A stretch of 62,916 nt of DNA, filler included, from Patellaria atrata CBS 101060 (taxonomy: Eukaryota): the NCBI GenBank assembly GCA_010093705.1. It is 7 parts of 6 records of this genome, joined end to end, with 100 filler letters (N's around TTAATTAATTAA, not from the genome) between each part and the next. Parts side by side here need not be neighbours in the genome. Positions count along the whole stretch, not along the records: positions 20,289 to 36,342 come from MU006133.1; positions 36,443 to 50,945 come from MU006134.1; 5 more parts are not named here. One strand, written 5' to 3'. A model generated the notes under the pieces. The model had not been told where the DNA came from, made no database searches, and saw only the letters and a program-made list of their open reading frames with translations. The stretch's first letter is position 1; each line of letters opens with the position of its first letter. Shown piece by piece: positions 26,988 through 38,812 of the stretch. Made by a program: the position numbers and the translations under genes.

Positions 26988-29900
26988 GTGTTACCATCAG
27001 GTGGAGAAACGCCACAGCATATCCAAGACTGGGTGACGACCGGGAAGACTCCAGACGGAGAGACGAGCCAGACGATGGCACTGTTCTACAACGCCCATAG
27101 AGCTATCGCAAAGGAGCAAGACCAGAAGAGAGCTAAGATAGCCAATCTATTCACGTTGATTATTAATACAGTGCCTGTAGACAACTTACCCCTAAGTGAG
27201 GACACTAAGGAACCCTACTCGTTACTTAAAAAGCTGAAAGATCGCTTTCAGCTTAATGATTAGACGGTAAGAGAAGAGGCTTACAACAAATATAAGCATC
27301 ATCTCTGTACGGCCAAAAAGACGAATATAGACAGCTGGTGTACGACCTTTTTGAATCTCTACGATAGATGCGTGTTATATAAAGTAACTGAGCTTAGTGG
27401 AGAGCAGCTAATTAGAGATGTACTGAGCTGTATCTCTAAAGCTTATCCACAGTGGGCAATGTCGAAAACCGTGAGTGTGGATGAAAAGCGATTCGCTGGT
27501 CTTCAAGTCGAGGTTTCCGATATAATCTCCCATTTCCGGAACTTCCATAGAGCACAAGTCCTCAAAGAACCAACCGGAAGTGTTTTGGCTACCTTTCAAG
27601 GCCAGTCTACCACGGAAACCAACACCCAAACGTCAGTTTCGTCGGACAAGAAGTCATCCAAACCGGACACCGTGAGGATTTGCCTATGCGGAAAGGAACA
27701 CCTCTGGTCTCAGTGCTAGTATATTAACACTAAGGTCTCCAAATCGAAAGACTACTCGGAAGCAACGCAATAGATGGTTGACACGAAGATTCCGGAGCTA
27801 ACACCGTTCGGACAGACGGTTATTCGACGTATCAAAGCCAAAGCTGGCAAATCCGACAAAAACGATAAAAGCGACAAAAGCGACTCCAAGCAAGGGGACG
27901 TTATTGCGTTCGTTGGAGGAATCGCCTTAAGGCCGGTTGGATCCGTTCTATCAACTCTCGATTTGGAGAGTAATAACTGGCTCTATGACTCCGTTCTTTT
28001 GGATTCTGGATCTAGCCTTCATATTTGCAACGATCCAGCTCAGTTTACTATCGAAAGTTACTGCACGGAACAGTGGATTCAGGTTGGAAAGGGAACATGC
28101 CAACTCTTGGCAAAAGGTAGGTGGACTGTGGAAGTGGAAGGTCCTGTAGGAAAACGGAATCTCCACCTAACAGAAGCTTATCTCTATCCGGATTTCAACG
28201 CCTCTATCGTCGGCTTAAAGCTGATAAAGAAGAAGCGTGGCATCTACTGGAACCACCGAAGCGATTATCTTGAATTCAGCGATGGCACCGAGATGTGCAA
28301 AGTCCTGGAAAAAGGCAATCACTATCTGCTGAACTATAAAGAAGTCAGCAAACCCACCGGATCTGTTTTCGCGGCTTACAAGTCCACGGATCCGAGACCC
28401 CCAATCAGTGCTACAACGAGACGTTGGCACCGAATCATGGGCCATGCTGGTCCAGAAGCAATTCAGCATTTAACAACCGGAGTGGTTAGAGCTGAAATAG
28501 ATAGCCGAGCGCCATCTACTATTGGGTGTGAAGTCTATGCTGTCTCAAAAGCAACTGAATTGGTAAGCAGACGACCACGCGGGCTGGAGAATCCAGCAAC
28601 ACGTATCTTCCAAAGAGTGTCCTTTGACATCATCTCTTTCCCTCCTGGCTACAACGGCCATCGATATCTCGGACACTACCGAGATATCTACTCCTCCTAG
28701 ATTGATCTAGAAACGTCAGTAACAAAGCCAGCTGCGAATATAAGTAATAGAAAGTACTTTAAACGGACGGAAACTCAATTCGGAGAGAAGGTTCAGACAT
28801 TCCATAGTGACAACGAAACGTCCTTCGGAAAAACGCATCAACAACTGTTAGACGAGACCGGAACGGTTGCAGAGCCTTCAGCTCCAGATACACCGGGCCA
28901 AAACGGTGGTGCTGAACGCTCTGGAAGGGTGATACTAACCAAAGCACGCACGTTGGCGATAGATGCTATGATTCCGTGGGAGTTGTGGCCAGAAGTGTTG
29001 AAGTATGGGTCCCCTGTTAGACTGAAGATCTTGGTGGAAAGGATAATCAAGTATATCTCCTACTGCCTTACGCTAGTTATTAGCATCATTCCTTTAACAC
29101 AGCTGCCTAGTAGGTATCAACACTGTTGCCTGCATGTTCTCAGTTGCCTAGTAGGTATAAACGCTGTTACCTACATGTTCTCATGTATTTAAACGCTCTT
29201 TAGAACAGTTATTAAACAATCGAGCGATTATCTTGATCATTTTCAGCACCCTTACGTCTGACAAGAAGTGGTGGCAGCAGTGACTTATATAAGCAATCGG
29301 ACTCCCCATAAAGCTCTCAACTGGAAGACTCCTTTTGAAGTTGTGACCGGACGGAAGCCAGATATCAGTCACCTCAAAACGTACGGCTGCAGGGCATACG
29401 TACTCGACAAGCATATTCCACATTTACAGAAGCTCCAGCCAAGAGCTCTGATTGGTTACCTTGTTGGATACGACTCTACAAATATTTACAGAATCTGGGT
29501 TCCCAGCAGGAAACGGGTGTTCCGCTCCAGAGACGTCAAATTCGACGAAGATCGGTTCTATGATACAGCAGAGCTGGATTTCGGTCATTTACTGCGTGAG
29601 AGAGCTGATGAGGTGATCGTTATGCTTGAAGTTCCCCCTATAATCACTACAATTGAAGAAGTTGACGAACCAGTGCTCCTTGAAGATATCGTGGACGCTG
29701 AGGCGACTCAAGTTTGCAATTTGAAGCAGACGACGCAAACAGCAGTTGGCAAGGCCAAAGATGGAAGGGTGGACCAGTCCGGGACATTTCCTACCCCCCC
29801 TCCAGACACACCTCCAACATCGGACTCACCGTCAAATTCGCATGTTTTAACACCAACTTCAACACCTCCACTCTCAGCACAACCACAGCAACCAGATAGA

Positions 29901-31913
29901 ATAGCTGGAAATGCTGAGGAAGCGCAAGAAACCAGTCTCAGTGGCCCTACGGATTCAGCTGATGCTATGGAAGACCCCGAGGCCGCGCCGCCAAGCTTAT
30001 CACTCTCCGACCATCCACGACAGACGCAATCGTCGTCTTCTCTAAGGACAGATGAAGAAGGAGAGGTAATAGATGTAGAGAGGGGCCAAGATAAACCCAC
30101 ACAGGAAGAGCTAGTGGAGCAGCAGATCCAAAGCGAGCTTCATACCAGCCAGAAGAAGGGTTCAGGGGTAAATACCCGTCGGAATCGGGCCCCACGGGCC
30201 ATAGAGATTTCCTCCCGGATGGCCGAGACTAACATTCTACCGGAAGGCTCAAAACGAGTTCGGAAACCACCAAGAAACAACGATCCAGCTGTATTCTATG
30301 CTGAGCATATAGCTAAACAGCTGTCAGATCTGAAGACGACTCACCAGGACGATTTGCCACCTCCTCCAAAATACTATAAGGACGTTTTGAAGCATCCGTA
30401 CAGGGCTCAATTCCTTGCAGCTATGGAGCTGGAGATGTCTGCCCTTCAGAGTCGTGGTACGTATGAGCCAATCAGAGCGTCGCAGATCGACAATACTAAG
30501 CCTCTTCTACCTCTTGTCTGGGTATTCACGTACAAACTAGACGTGGAAGGCTTTTTGACGAAAACAAAGGCTCGACTTTGCGTCAGAGGTGATTTACACG
30601 AGACGGAACTCGATACGTACGCAGCAACTCTCGCCGTACGTACAATACGGGCCATACTGTCTATAGCAGCCGCTTTTGATCTCGAAGCCGTACAGCTAGA
30701 CGCTGTCAATGCCTTTGTCAACAGTGATCTTGACGAAGAAGTCTACTGCAGATATCCAGACGGATTCCACAAGCAGGGGCTCGTCATGAAGCTTCACAAA
30801 GCGTTGTACGGGCTGAAGAGATCACCTCGGCTCTGCTATCAGTTGTTTTCAACGGCTCTGGAAGAGTTGGGAATGATGCCAGTTCCTGGTGTCAATTGCT
30901 TGTTTACTGATGGCACGATAGTAGTGTTTTTCTACGTGGATGACATAGTGCTATTAGCACGTTCTCAATTTGCGACGAAGCTCCACGAATTCAAAGACAA
31001 AGTGATGGGAAAATTTCCCATGCGAGATCTTGGAGATATCCAGTACTTTTTGGGCATACGTATCATTTGAGACAGACCAAATTTAAAAATATGGCTGTGT
31101 CAAGATGCCTATATCGACAAGATTGTTAACAGATTTGAGCTTCACAACTGTCGGATGAGACATACTCCCCTTCCCTCAGAAGAGCTCGTTCAAAACGTCT
31201 CAGACGAAGCACCCCCAAGCCGTATATCGGCATACAACACTCGGGTCGGCTCTATCGGCTGGTTGAGCAGCATAACCAGACCAGACGTCGCCAAAGCCCA
31301 CAGCAAGCTGTCAGAATTCCTTAAGAATCCGTCAAGCAAGCATCCCGAAGCTGCAAATCAAGTGCTGGCTTATCTGAAGCATCACAAGCACCTGGCAATT
31401 CAGTATGACGGAACGTCGACTGGAAGGGTGTTTGCAAGCTCTTCTGACGCCTCATTTGCAGATAACCCCGACCGGCGAAGCTCTCAGGGGTTCCTCTTCT
31501 CATTATTCGGTGGACCAATTGACTGGCAGGCCTCAAAGCAGAAGACAGTCACCACATCAAGCACAGAAGCTGAGCTGTTAGCTCTCAGCTTCGCTACCAG
31601 AGAGATGGTAGCATGGAATCGTTTCTTTGAAGCGATCAAATTTGATCCAGAGCACCGAAGCTCAATTTGGTGCGACAATCAACAGACGATACGGCTTCTC
31701 AAAGCACCTGAACCTCAGTTAACAACAAAACTCAGACACGTGGATATCCACCACCTCTGGCTGAGGCAAGAGGTTCAGCATGACCGAATAAACGTAGAAT
31801 GGAAGCCTACGTTTGAGATGCCGGCAGACGGACTGACAAAACCTCTGCCCCGGCAAAAGCACGAGAACTTTGTGAACTTACTGAATCTCGTCGACATACA
31901 ACACCTTATTTAG
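26988..31913 (+). pseudogene. copia-1 gag-pol, split by stops, a frameshift and a solo LTR
   Basis: ORF pieces 26988-27263, 27351-27719, 27774-28700, 29268-31070, 31155-31913. Confidence 0.9.
28996..29263. mobile_element. Solo LTR (family D, 268 bp) inside the copia-1 integrase
   Basis: TGTTGA...CTGACA with TSD AGAAG (28991-28995, 29264-29268); removal restores LWPEVVAAVTYISNRTP. Confidence 0.93.
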
Positions 31914-31982
31914 GTGTATAGAACGGACTTTGCAGCTACTGAATAGCTTCAAAAAACTCACTCTTCAGCAGCTGGAAGGGTG

Positions 31983-32252
31983 TGTTAGATGGTGAGGTTC
32001 GCTACCGGGTAAATGGATGCTTACTAGTTCAAAACAGTGGTGAAAACAATGGTATGGAACGGTAGCTTGAGACAGAGCGTCAAACCGTATTAAAACAGAT
32101 CTCTGACGAGAGCACGGATCTGTGGTGTTTTATCTGTTCTCTTTCTGACCCAGTATCATTGTCAACTGTTCAGTATATAGTCCATATCTCTCTCAGTAGT
32201 TGCAAAAAAAAGCGACATATTCCATGCACCTGCAGATCCAGTTTATCTCACA
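31983..32252 (+). repeat. copia-1 3' LTR
   Basis: Direct repeat of the 5' LTR, followed by TSD TCAGC. Confidence 0.95.
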
Positions 32253-32256
32253 TCAG

Positions 32257-33348
32257 CTTATCCAGACTAACGCAACGAGATGGAACTCTTATTTTACCTC
32301 GATCGGCCGTGCCCTTAACTGTCGAGAGCGTATCAATAGGTTCACGTTGAACCATGAGCCTAGACGTGGTGACGGTGTTGAAAAAGATCACCTTAGTAGA
32401 CGCCATTGGGACACCCTAGAACGGATCTATACTATACTTCAGGTGTTTTACGAGGCGACTATACTTAACGAAGGCAATAAGTCATCAATTTCGAACTGGT
32501 TTTCAACGCTTGACTACCTTCTTGATCGCCTGGACGATACGAAGCTCTACTTTCAAGAGTTAGTGGAGGAGTATCCGGAAAACGAAGAGTATATCCATCT
32601 CCAAGCGGCTTGCCAGACGGCTTGGGAGAAATACGAAAAGTACTATAATATGGCTGATTCTAATCCGGTATATTATGCTGCTCAGTTTCTACAGCCCGGG
32701 CTTAAATGGTCATGGTTCAGCGATAAGATGGATGGTCATATTGAAAAGAAACACTGGCTTAGGGGGAACCCGAGAATAGATGGAGATACGGGCATTCAGG
32801 GCAAAGTTCGACAGCTATATACTAACGAATATAAGGGTCGCTACAGCCAAATCGAGGTCCCTTCCCAATCCACCCACCCCCGTAGGCACGGCGACGACTT
32901 TGGTGGCCTACAAGCCCATCAGGCTGTTCGCAATCGATCATCACAAGCCATCGACTTCTTCGACGAATACTCAGCCCACGATACACGCGAAATCGAAGCT
33001 CTGATATACTGGAACGAACGCTACAACAGCCAACCGGATCTAGCCCGGATGGGCTTAGATATGGCTGCCCTTCCGTGTATATCAGACGAGTGCGAGCGAG
33101 TATTTAGTTCAGCAAAACACCTCATCTCCGATGCCCGGAATCGCCTTCAAGCAGATATAATTGAAGCATCTGAGTGCCTACGGAGCTGGTTTGGGCCACC
33201 CATAAGCGACGAGGCTAATCAGAGCAAAAAGAACGGTAGCAATACAATAGATAACACGGAAGATATGGTTAAAGAGGCATCTATTGACGAACAAGGCGAT
33301 GGCAGTGAAGCCGAAACGGATATCAACTACACCTTAGAGGAGCCGTAG
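32257..33348 (+). pseudogene. hAT transposase, last exon (frame still open)
   Basis: TRWNS motif and hAT C-terminal dimerisation motif; the upstream exon ends at 26319. Confidence 0.88.
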
Positions 33349-33759
33349 TAGTAGCAATATATTGTATTCGACCATCTATAACACCACAGTCCTTTAAAAT
33401 ACTACCTATACAAGCCCCATCCATGCCTTAGACTCTACCGGAACGGATTCGCCATACAAAATATCATGGATTTGATGGACTGGACTGGATCTGGATTGGA
33501 CCAGAGGTCAAAACGTGGACCGGATCTGGATCAGAGGTCGATCCAGTCCAAATCCAATCCACGGCCATCACTGGGATTTAGGGTTATGGGATTACATACT
33601 ACCGGTTTTGAGATACGCCGATGGTTTTCAACTCGCTCTTTTTGAGCAGGCAAGTAAAGCCCTCTGGAATGACATTGTGCTCCAGGATTGAACTAGACCC
33701 AGTTCGTGTGGAAGACCTGGATGGTTACCCTGAAGTTGTGCGCAGCACCGCCAGCTAAG

Positions 33760-34440
33760 TTATAACTTCCTATGTAGGTATGGAACGAACCAGTAACCTT
33801 GCATACGTTGCAGGCCAGTCTCCTTTTGGTCATCAACGCCGCATTTCTCAAGCATGATCTCGAATTGTTTTGCGTGTGGATCGGCTATACCAGAACCAAC
33901 AGGTAGATACTTCAAAGTCTCTGCCATCTACATTATTGTCAATACCTGCGATTTTAGATGCAATGAATTGGACATACCTCAGGATTCCGCATCGATGCAG
34001 CAACAGTGGAGAATTTGTTGTCGTAACTTGTAGTATCGTTTTGGGTGAATGACCAGACACCTAGGCAGATGATGCCGAGAGAAGCTAATATTCCGACGGT
34101 ATAAGAAATGATGAGGTTCTTCGCGTGGTAGCTATAGAAGATTAGGGTTCCGCTGAATTGCGTTTCGACTTCTACCTCATCGCTGTGCGCAGTTGATTAG
34201 CAGTGGTGGAAAGCTTGAGTGTGGAGGTTAGTAACTCTTACCAAAACCGACGATTACTCATCAAGCTGAGAGAGAAGTTGAGAGACAGCTCTTCGATCCA
34301 ATCACCAAAGGGTTGCTGCTGTCTCCCGATGAGTAATCTCGGAGTCCGAGGGATACGGTCCGCCCACAGGTACCACATATACTCCTCTGTTTTTGCCAAC
34401 ATATCGGGGTTTACGCGTGTAACAGGCTAGAGCCTAGTGG
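33760..34440 (-). pseudogene. 3' fragment of a fungal membrane-protein gene, cut by gypsy C
   Basis: Manual splicing (two GT..AG introns with branch sites) gives IEELSLNFSLSLMSN / YSYHAKNLIISYTVGILASLGIICLGVWSF..SYDNKFST...RNPE / short tail. One TM helix. Confidence 0.55.
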
Positions 34441-34610
34441 TATGAGCGCGCCCTGCATCCGAAGATCAGCCAGTAATATTTTCCTCAAACCTGCCTTCAG
34501 ACTCTTCTCTTCTTCTTTATCTTGATTGTAGATAGCATCTGGACTAGATAGTTGGAACACAATTACTAGAGGCCGCTCACATACAATCAAGATCATTCAA
34601 GTTACTAAGG

Positions 34611-35765
34611 ATGGAACAGAATAACGAGCCTAATACTTTAAGCATCCTACTCGCAGAGATACAAAACCTTAGGAGCGAGTGTACTGAGCTACGTCGTCAA
34701 TTTAACGAACGACTCCCTTCCCTAGAGCATCAGCAAACGACTTCCCAATTAGATCCCACAACAACCCCTGAATCTGATACCCCTCCCCCCTTCGCCGCGA
34801 TCACACCTGTCGTCACGAAGCCGCGCCATAGCCTCCCCCATCCTCCGAAGTTTAGCGGTGACAAGTCACAATGGAGGGGCTGGAAGTTAGAGATGGAAGG
34901 CAAGATAGAAGAAGACGCTATAGCCATTGGGTCCCTCCAAGCCCAATTGCGTTATATCTATATGCACCTTGAGAAAACCGCTAAGACAAACACGACAACA
35001 TTTTATGAGTTGGAAGTTAAAAAGGATTTACCGAACCCTTATCGGTTACTTGAACGACTTGAAATCCTCTATGGAGAGCGGAACCGTAAACAAAAAGCCA
35101 TCCAAAACCTTCATTCTATTCGCCAACGGGATAACGAGACATTTATGGCTTTCTATCCCCGCTTCGAGAAAGAGATAGCTAATGCCGATGCTGAAGATTG
35201 GGATGATGACTCAAAGATATCCTATTTGCGTAATGCGCTGAGTGAGAGGATGAAGGATAAGCTTGTGGGTATTTTAGGAAAGAAAAAGGATACCTATATG
35301 GAATTTGCTCAGAGATGTGAAGAAATCAGCAATGATATGGAACTATTTGGGCAGTGGACCAAGGTTAGGAGTAGTAAAAGTGCGCAGACCATAGATACTG
35401 AGACACCACATCGAGACATGATGGAATGGGAACCCACCCCATCAGTATCTACTTTAACCCAAGTCAATAGCACACGCACCCGTAATAACAAGGATGGATA
35501 CCCATCTAAAAGACCTGAAGACCAAGCGCTTATAGGAAAACGGGCAAAGTGGGTTGATCAGAGAGAGATAAATGCTCGTATCCGGGAAAACCGTTGCTTC
35601 CGTTGTGGTAGAGATGATTGCAGGGTTAGCACCTGCCCACTAGCAGCACCAATTCGACCAAAACAATCTACTCATGTTAGCACAGCGGTATCTCCTCGGC
35701 CCACTATCACCCAAGCCATGGTGGAGGAAGATGATGATAACACTAAGGAAGACGCAAGCCAATAG
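34611..35765 (+). CDS. gag, gypsy family C (open, 384 aa)
   Basis: LPHPPKFSGD; IRQRDNETF..FYPRFEK; CFRCG...C....C knuckle. Confidence 0.88.
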   Translation: MEQNNEPNTLSILLAEIQNLRSECTELRRQFNERLPSLEHQQTTSQLDPTTTPESDTPPPFAAITPVVTKPRHSLPHPPKFSGDKSQWRGWKLEMEGKIEEDAIAIGSLQAQLRYIYMHLEKTAKTNTTTFYELEVKKDLPNPYRLLERLEILYGERNRKQKAIQNLHSIRQRDNETFMAFYPRFEKEIANADAEDWDDDSKISYLRNALSERMKDKLVGILGKKKDTYMEFAQRCEEISNDMELFGQWTKVRSSKSAQTIDTETPHRDMMEWEPTPSVSTLTQVNSTRTRNNKDGYPSKRPEDQALIGKRAKWVDQREINARIRENRCFRCGRDDCRVSTCPLAAPIRPKQSTHVSTAVSPRPTITQAMVEEDDDNTKEDASQ

Positions 35766-36342
35766 GGACGCGCGGCAGCTCGAAGAGAATGGAAAGAAGT
35801 TGGAGAAGCAAAGATGGATGGAGACCCCTTTTTAGTGGATATTAGACTCAATGGAACCAAGTTTGTTACAGGACTCATTGACTCTGGCTGTCTTTGCTAC
35901 GCTGCAATTAGTGAACAACTTTTCAAATCTTTAAAGCTGCCTCATCTCCGGATTGCACCAAGAAAGCTAGAAGAAGCTGCTAGAAAGAACGCAAGGCCCT
36001 CTACAGTCTTAGATACTGTGACCTATGCTTCAATCGATATAGATGGCCACTAGCAAAAACGTATCTTTTTCTATGTTATACCAGGCCTTAATCACGAAGT
36101 GATCCTTGGAAATCCTTGGTTAGAAGATACCAATTCAATCATATCCGCAAGGAAAGGGTGCTTAGACATTGGAATATCTAATACCCGTGTCTGGAACCGC
36201 GCTAAGAAGTCATACCAGCCACCCCAACTCAAAGCAAAACAAGTCATGGCCACAGTATTTATGGCAGACGTAAGAAGGAATAGAAGAGAAGCTAAGCAAA
36301 GGGGAATTAATATCTATACTGAAGTGCATGCTGTCTCTATGG
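35766..36342 (+). pseudogene. pol N-terminus (aspartic protease), gypsy C
   Basis: In frame with gag; LIDSGCLCY, ILGNPWL; internal TAG at 36051. Confidence 0.82.
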
Positions 36343-36442
36343 NNNNNNNNNNNNNNNNNNNNNNNNNNNNNNNNNNNNNNNNNNNNTTAATTAATTAANN
36401 NNNNNNNNNNNNNNNNNNNNNNNNNNNNNNNNNNNNNNNNNN

Positions 36443-36536
36443 AACCTGCCTTCAGACTCTTCTCTTCTTCTTTATCTTGATTGTAGATAGCATCTGGACT
36501 AGATAGTTGGAACACAATTACTAGAGGCCGCTCACA
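36443..36536 (+). repeat. Family C LTR, 3' portion
   Basis: Identical to 34488-34581. Confidence 0.9.
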
Positions 36537-38329
36537 TTTATAATTCTAAATATCTTACTTTATTGCTCCACTACCTATGCTTTTAGTCCATCTGAAGTCC
36601 CTATCAGATACGCGAAGGAAAGCACCGCCTATATTAATGCTAGTATTGGAACGCTAGGTCAACAATTCGGCCTGAAACTAGATTTAAGCTTAGAAGAAAC
36701 CATTATATTAAAGAGGCTGTTTGCCGGTACAGGATATAGTTACAGGGCAGAGCCTATAGAGCTTGCATATTTTTGGGGCTATACGATAACCGTACTTCTA
36801 CAACCGCAAAATACATTCCCAGCCCTCTCGCGGATTTAACATCTGAAACTATTTCTATCGGCGATGTCCAACTATATAACCAAAATCTAAGACTGTTCAA
36901 CATACCGTTATATCTGGATGGACTAAGTAACTGGACTACAGATATGGGGAAAATAGGCCTATCTTCAAGAGAAGCGATAAATTCTTCAGATTGGAGTACA
37001 CCTAAAGATGAAGAGATAACCGGACCTATACCAATTTCTCTATTGGGTGGCCTTATGGACTCAGGAATATCGAGTACAGCTTCGTATAGTATTTGGTTAA
37101 ATCACCGTAACGCATCGACTGGATCAATTCTTTTCGGCGGTATGGATACCGAGAAATTTTCTGGAAAACTACACGCTCTACCTACTCGAGAGACATTAGG
37201 GTCCAAGTTATGCGGGACACGATGTAGAAATATGATAAGTATAGAAGATGTTTATCTGGAAAGTGGTGTTGATGGCCCGGCAATGCGCGTCAATGATAGT
37301 GTTACGTTAAATTGGGGTATTGACGCTCTTCTACAGCCGTCAAAACCGTTCTCTTCGCTGCCTGGAAATTTTGGATCAATATTCGACTCCTTAATGCTAG
37401 ATGAAGGAATAAACTACGAGGTGGACACTCTAAACACGGTTGATTGTGAGTGGACCAACTTCAATCAGAGCCTTGTATTTGAAATAAGGGGAATGATTCT
37501 CAAGGTCCCTTTAAGCGATATTATATATCCGGAAGGCAACGAAGGCGATGAAAATCCCGATGTGTAATTGGAATTATCCCTACTGACCTTCAAGGACAAT
37601 ACGAAAACTCCTTCGAGCCTCGGGAACAAACTATTACCCTAGGAGCTAATATTTTACGCCGTATTTATATGTTACTTGATTATTGACAAGAAAGCTCCCG
37701 TATTTTTGTGGCACCAGCCGAGTCCGGTAGCTCTGGCAGAAGGTCGAATATCCTTCCAATATCCGATGATATACTTAGAGAACACTCGGATAATTCAGAA
37801 GCATGTATGTCAGTACTTCACAGTACAGGAATGGAGAATGTATCTGATCCTGCAACCGAAGACGCATCTGATCCTATGCTCAGTCGTAACGGTATTGCGG
37901 GGCTTTTTGTGGACATAGCGGTTGGCACAGCTATATTCGTTTTACTATTCACTTTTCTAGTACGCCGAAAGAAAAGAAAAGATATTAAGGATTCAGGCTT
38001 CTCAAAGCCTGAACTAGAGGCAAAAGAACTACAGAATCACGTACTAGAGGCTTCAGGAGAAGCCTAGGTTATAGCGGAGATGCCACAATCGCTTCGCATC
38101 GCACAATAGTTCTTGCCAGCGCGTGATAGAGCACAGGAACTACCCTTATCACCTCGTATGGCTGCAGGAACTATCGTCATCACCTCGTATGGTACATAAA
38201 TTACGATTATCACCTCAGATGGCACAAGAGTTATCGGGAGACATTCCCCGTATCCAGGAGATTGGGGTTTCGGATGTTAATGATGAACGATATGCGAATG
38301 AAAAGTTCACTTCGAAAGAGGACAATTGA
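36537..38329 (+). pseudogene. Pepsin-family (A1, yapsin-like) membrane-anchored protein, frameshifted
   Basis: Signal-like FIILNILLYCSTTYA; YINASIGTLGQ; SYSIWLN..STGSILFGGMDTEKFSGKL; ITLGANILRRIY; TM followed by RRKKRK; about 4 frameshifts and TAG stops. Confidence 0.8.
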
Positions 38330-38812
38330 ATTCAGTTCTGGCACTAGAACACAATAAAACGTTCACTCAGTGTAGTATTAACACATGACCCGAAATCTGA
38401 GACGCTATCGGAATGAGCCTAGGTTTCCTTTGTCTACATCATTGTTCCTTTCCCTTTCCTTTTCTCTTTACTGTAGTGTTCTACTAGCTACGAGCCTGCC
38501 ATAGTAACAACCAGTCTGTTAACTAGTAAACTCTTCTGCATCACATAATATTAAACTCATTACCTCACTTCTTCGTGAAGATAAGACAGACTTGACTTTT
38601 ACTTGTGTGGAATCGGGTCTATGCCACGTATATGCTGTAGACTGGAAACGATTCCCACGGACAACCCTACTTTGACTGATAGGGAGCTTCACCGAAATCC
38701 TGCTCCTAGGGAGGTACCCTCAGAAGATATCTTCGGATAAAGTATCGATTTCAACATTCATGACAACGTTCATACGAATCAATTCAAGTTCAACGAGGAT
38801 CACGGAACCACA

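Larger units (their letters stand above)
26400..32252 (+). mobile_element. Ty1/copia element (copia-1), full length, inactivated
   Basis: 270-bp LTRs 26400-26669 and 31983-32252; TSD TCAGC; PBS GTTATAAGCCCGGC; PPT before 31983; order PR (LDSGSSLH) - IN (WHRIMGH, QNGGAER) - RT (YVDD) - RNase H (SDASFAD, SSTEAE). Confidence 0.96.
25062..33573 (+). mobile_element. hAT DNA transposon interrupted by copia-1; left part RIP-degraded, left TIR not seen
   Basis: GRL.NIVHYIRLTP..RQEF / LIQTNATRWNS / C-terminal dimerisation motif SDECERVFS..ISDARNRL..IIEASECLRSW; right end ...GGCCATCACTG (CAGTG-type TIR) with TGGAY subterminal repeats at 33466-33560. Confidence 0.85.
34441..36342 (+). mobile_element. 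Ty3/gypsy family C, 5' part (141-bp LTR, gag, protease)
   Basis: LTR 34441-34581 with TATGAGCG..CGCTCACA termini; gag; protease LIDSGC; ends at a linker. Confidence 0.9.

Noticed and set aside
28929..29423. Hydrophobic ORFs suggesting an env-like gene in copia-1
   Set aside because: Readthrough into the inserted solo LTR.
32200..32256. N-terminus of the 382-aa ORF as a new LTR-transposase fusion
   Set aside because: Chance open frame through the LTR; no evidence of expression. The real exon starts at 32257.
33578..33590. TTAGGG telomere-like motif
   Set aside because: Single unit; expected by chance.
34441..36536. Family C as one element with both LTRs
   Set aside because: Flanks do not form a TSD (AGTGG vs TTTAT) and a linker lies between; probably different copies.
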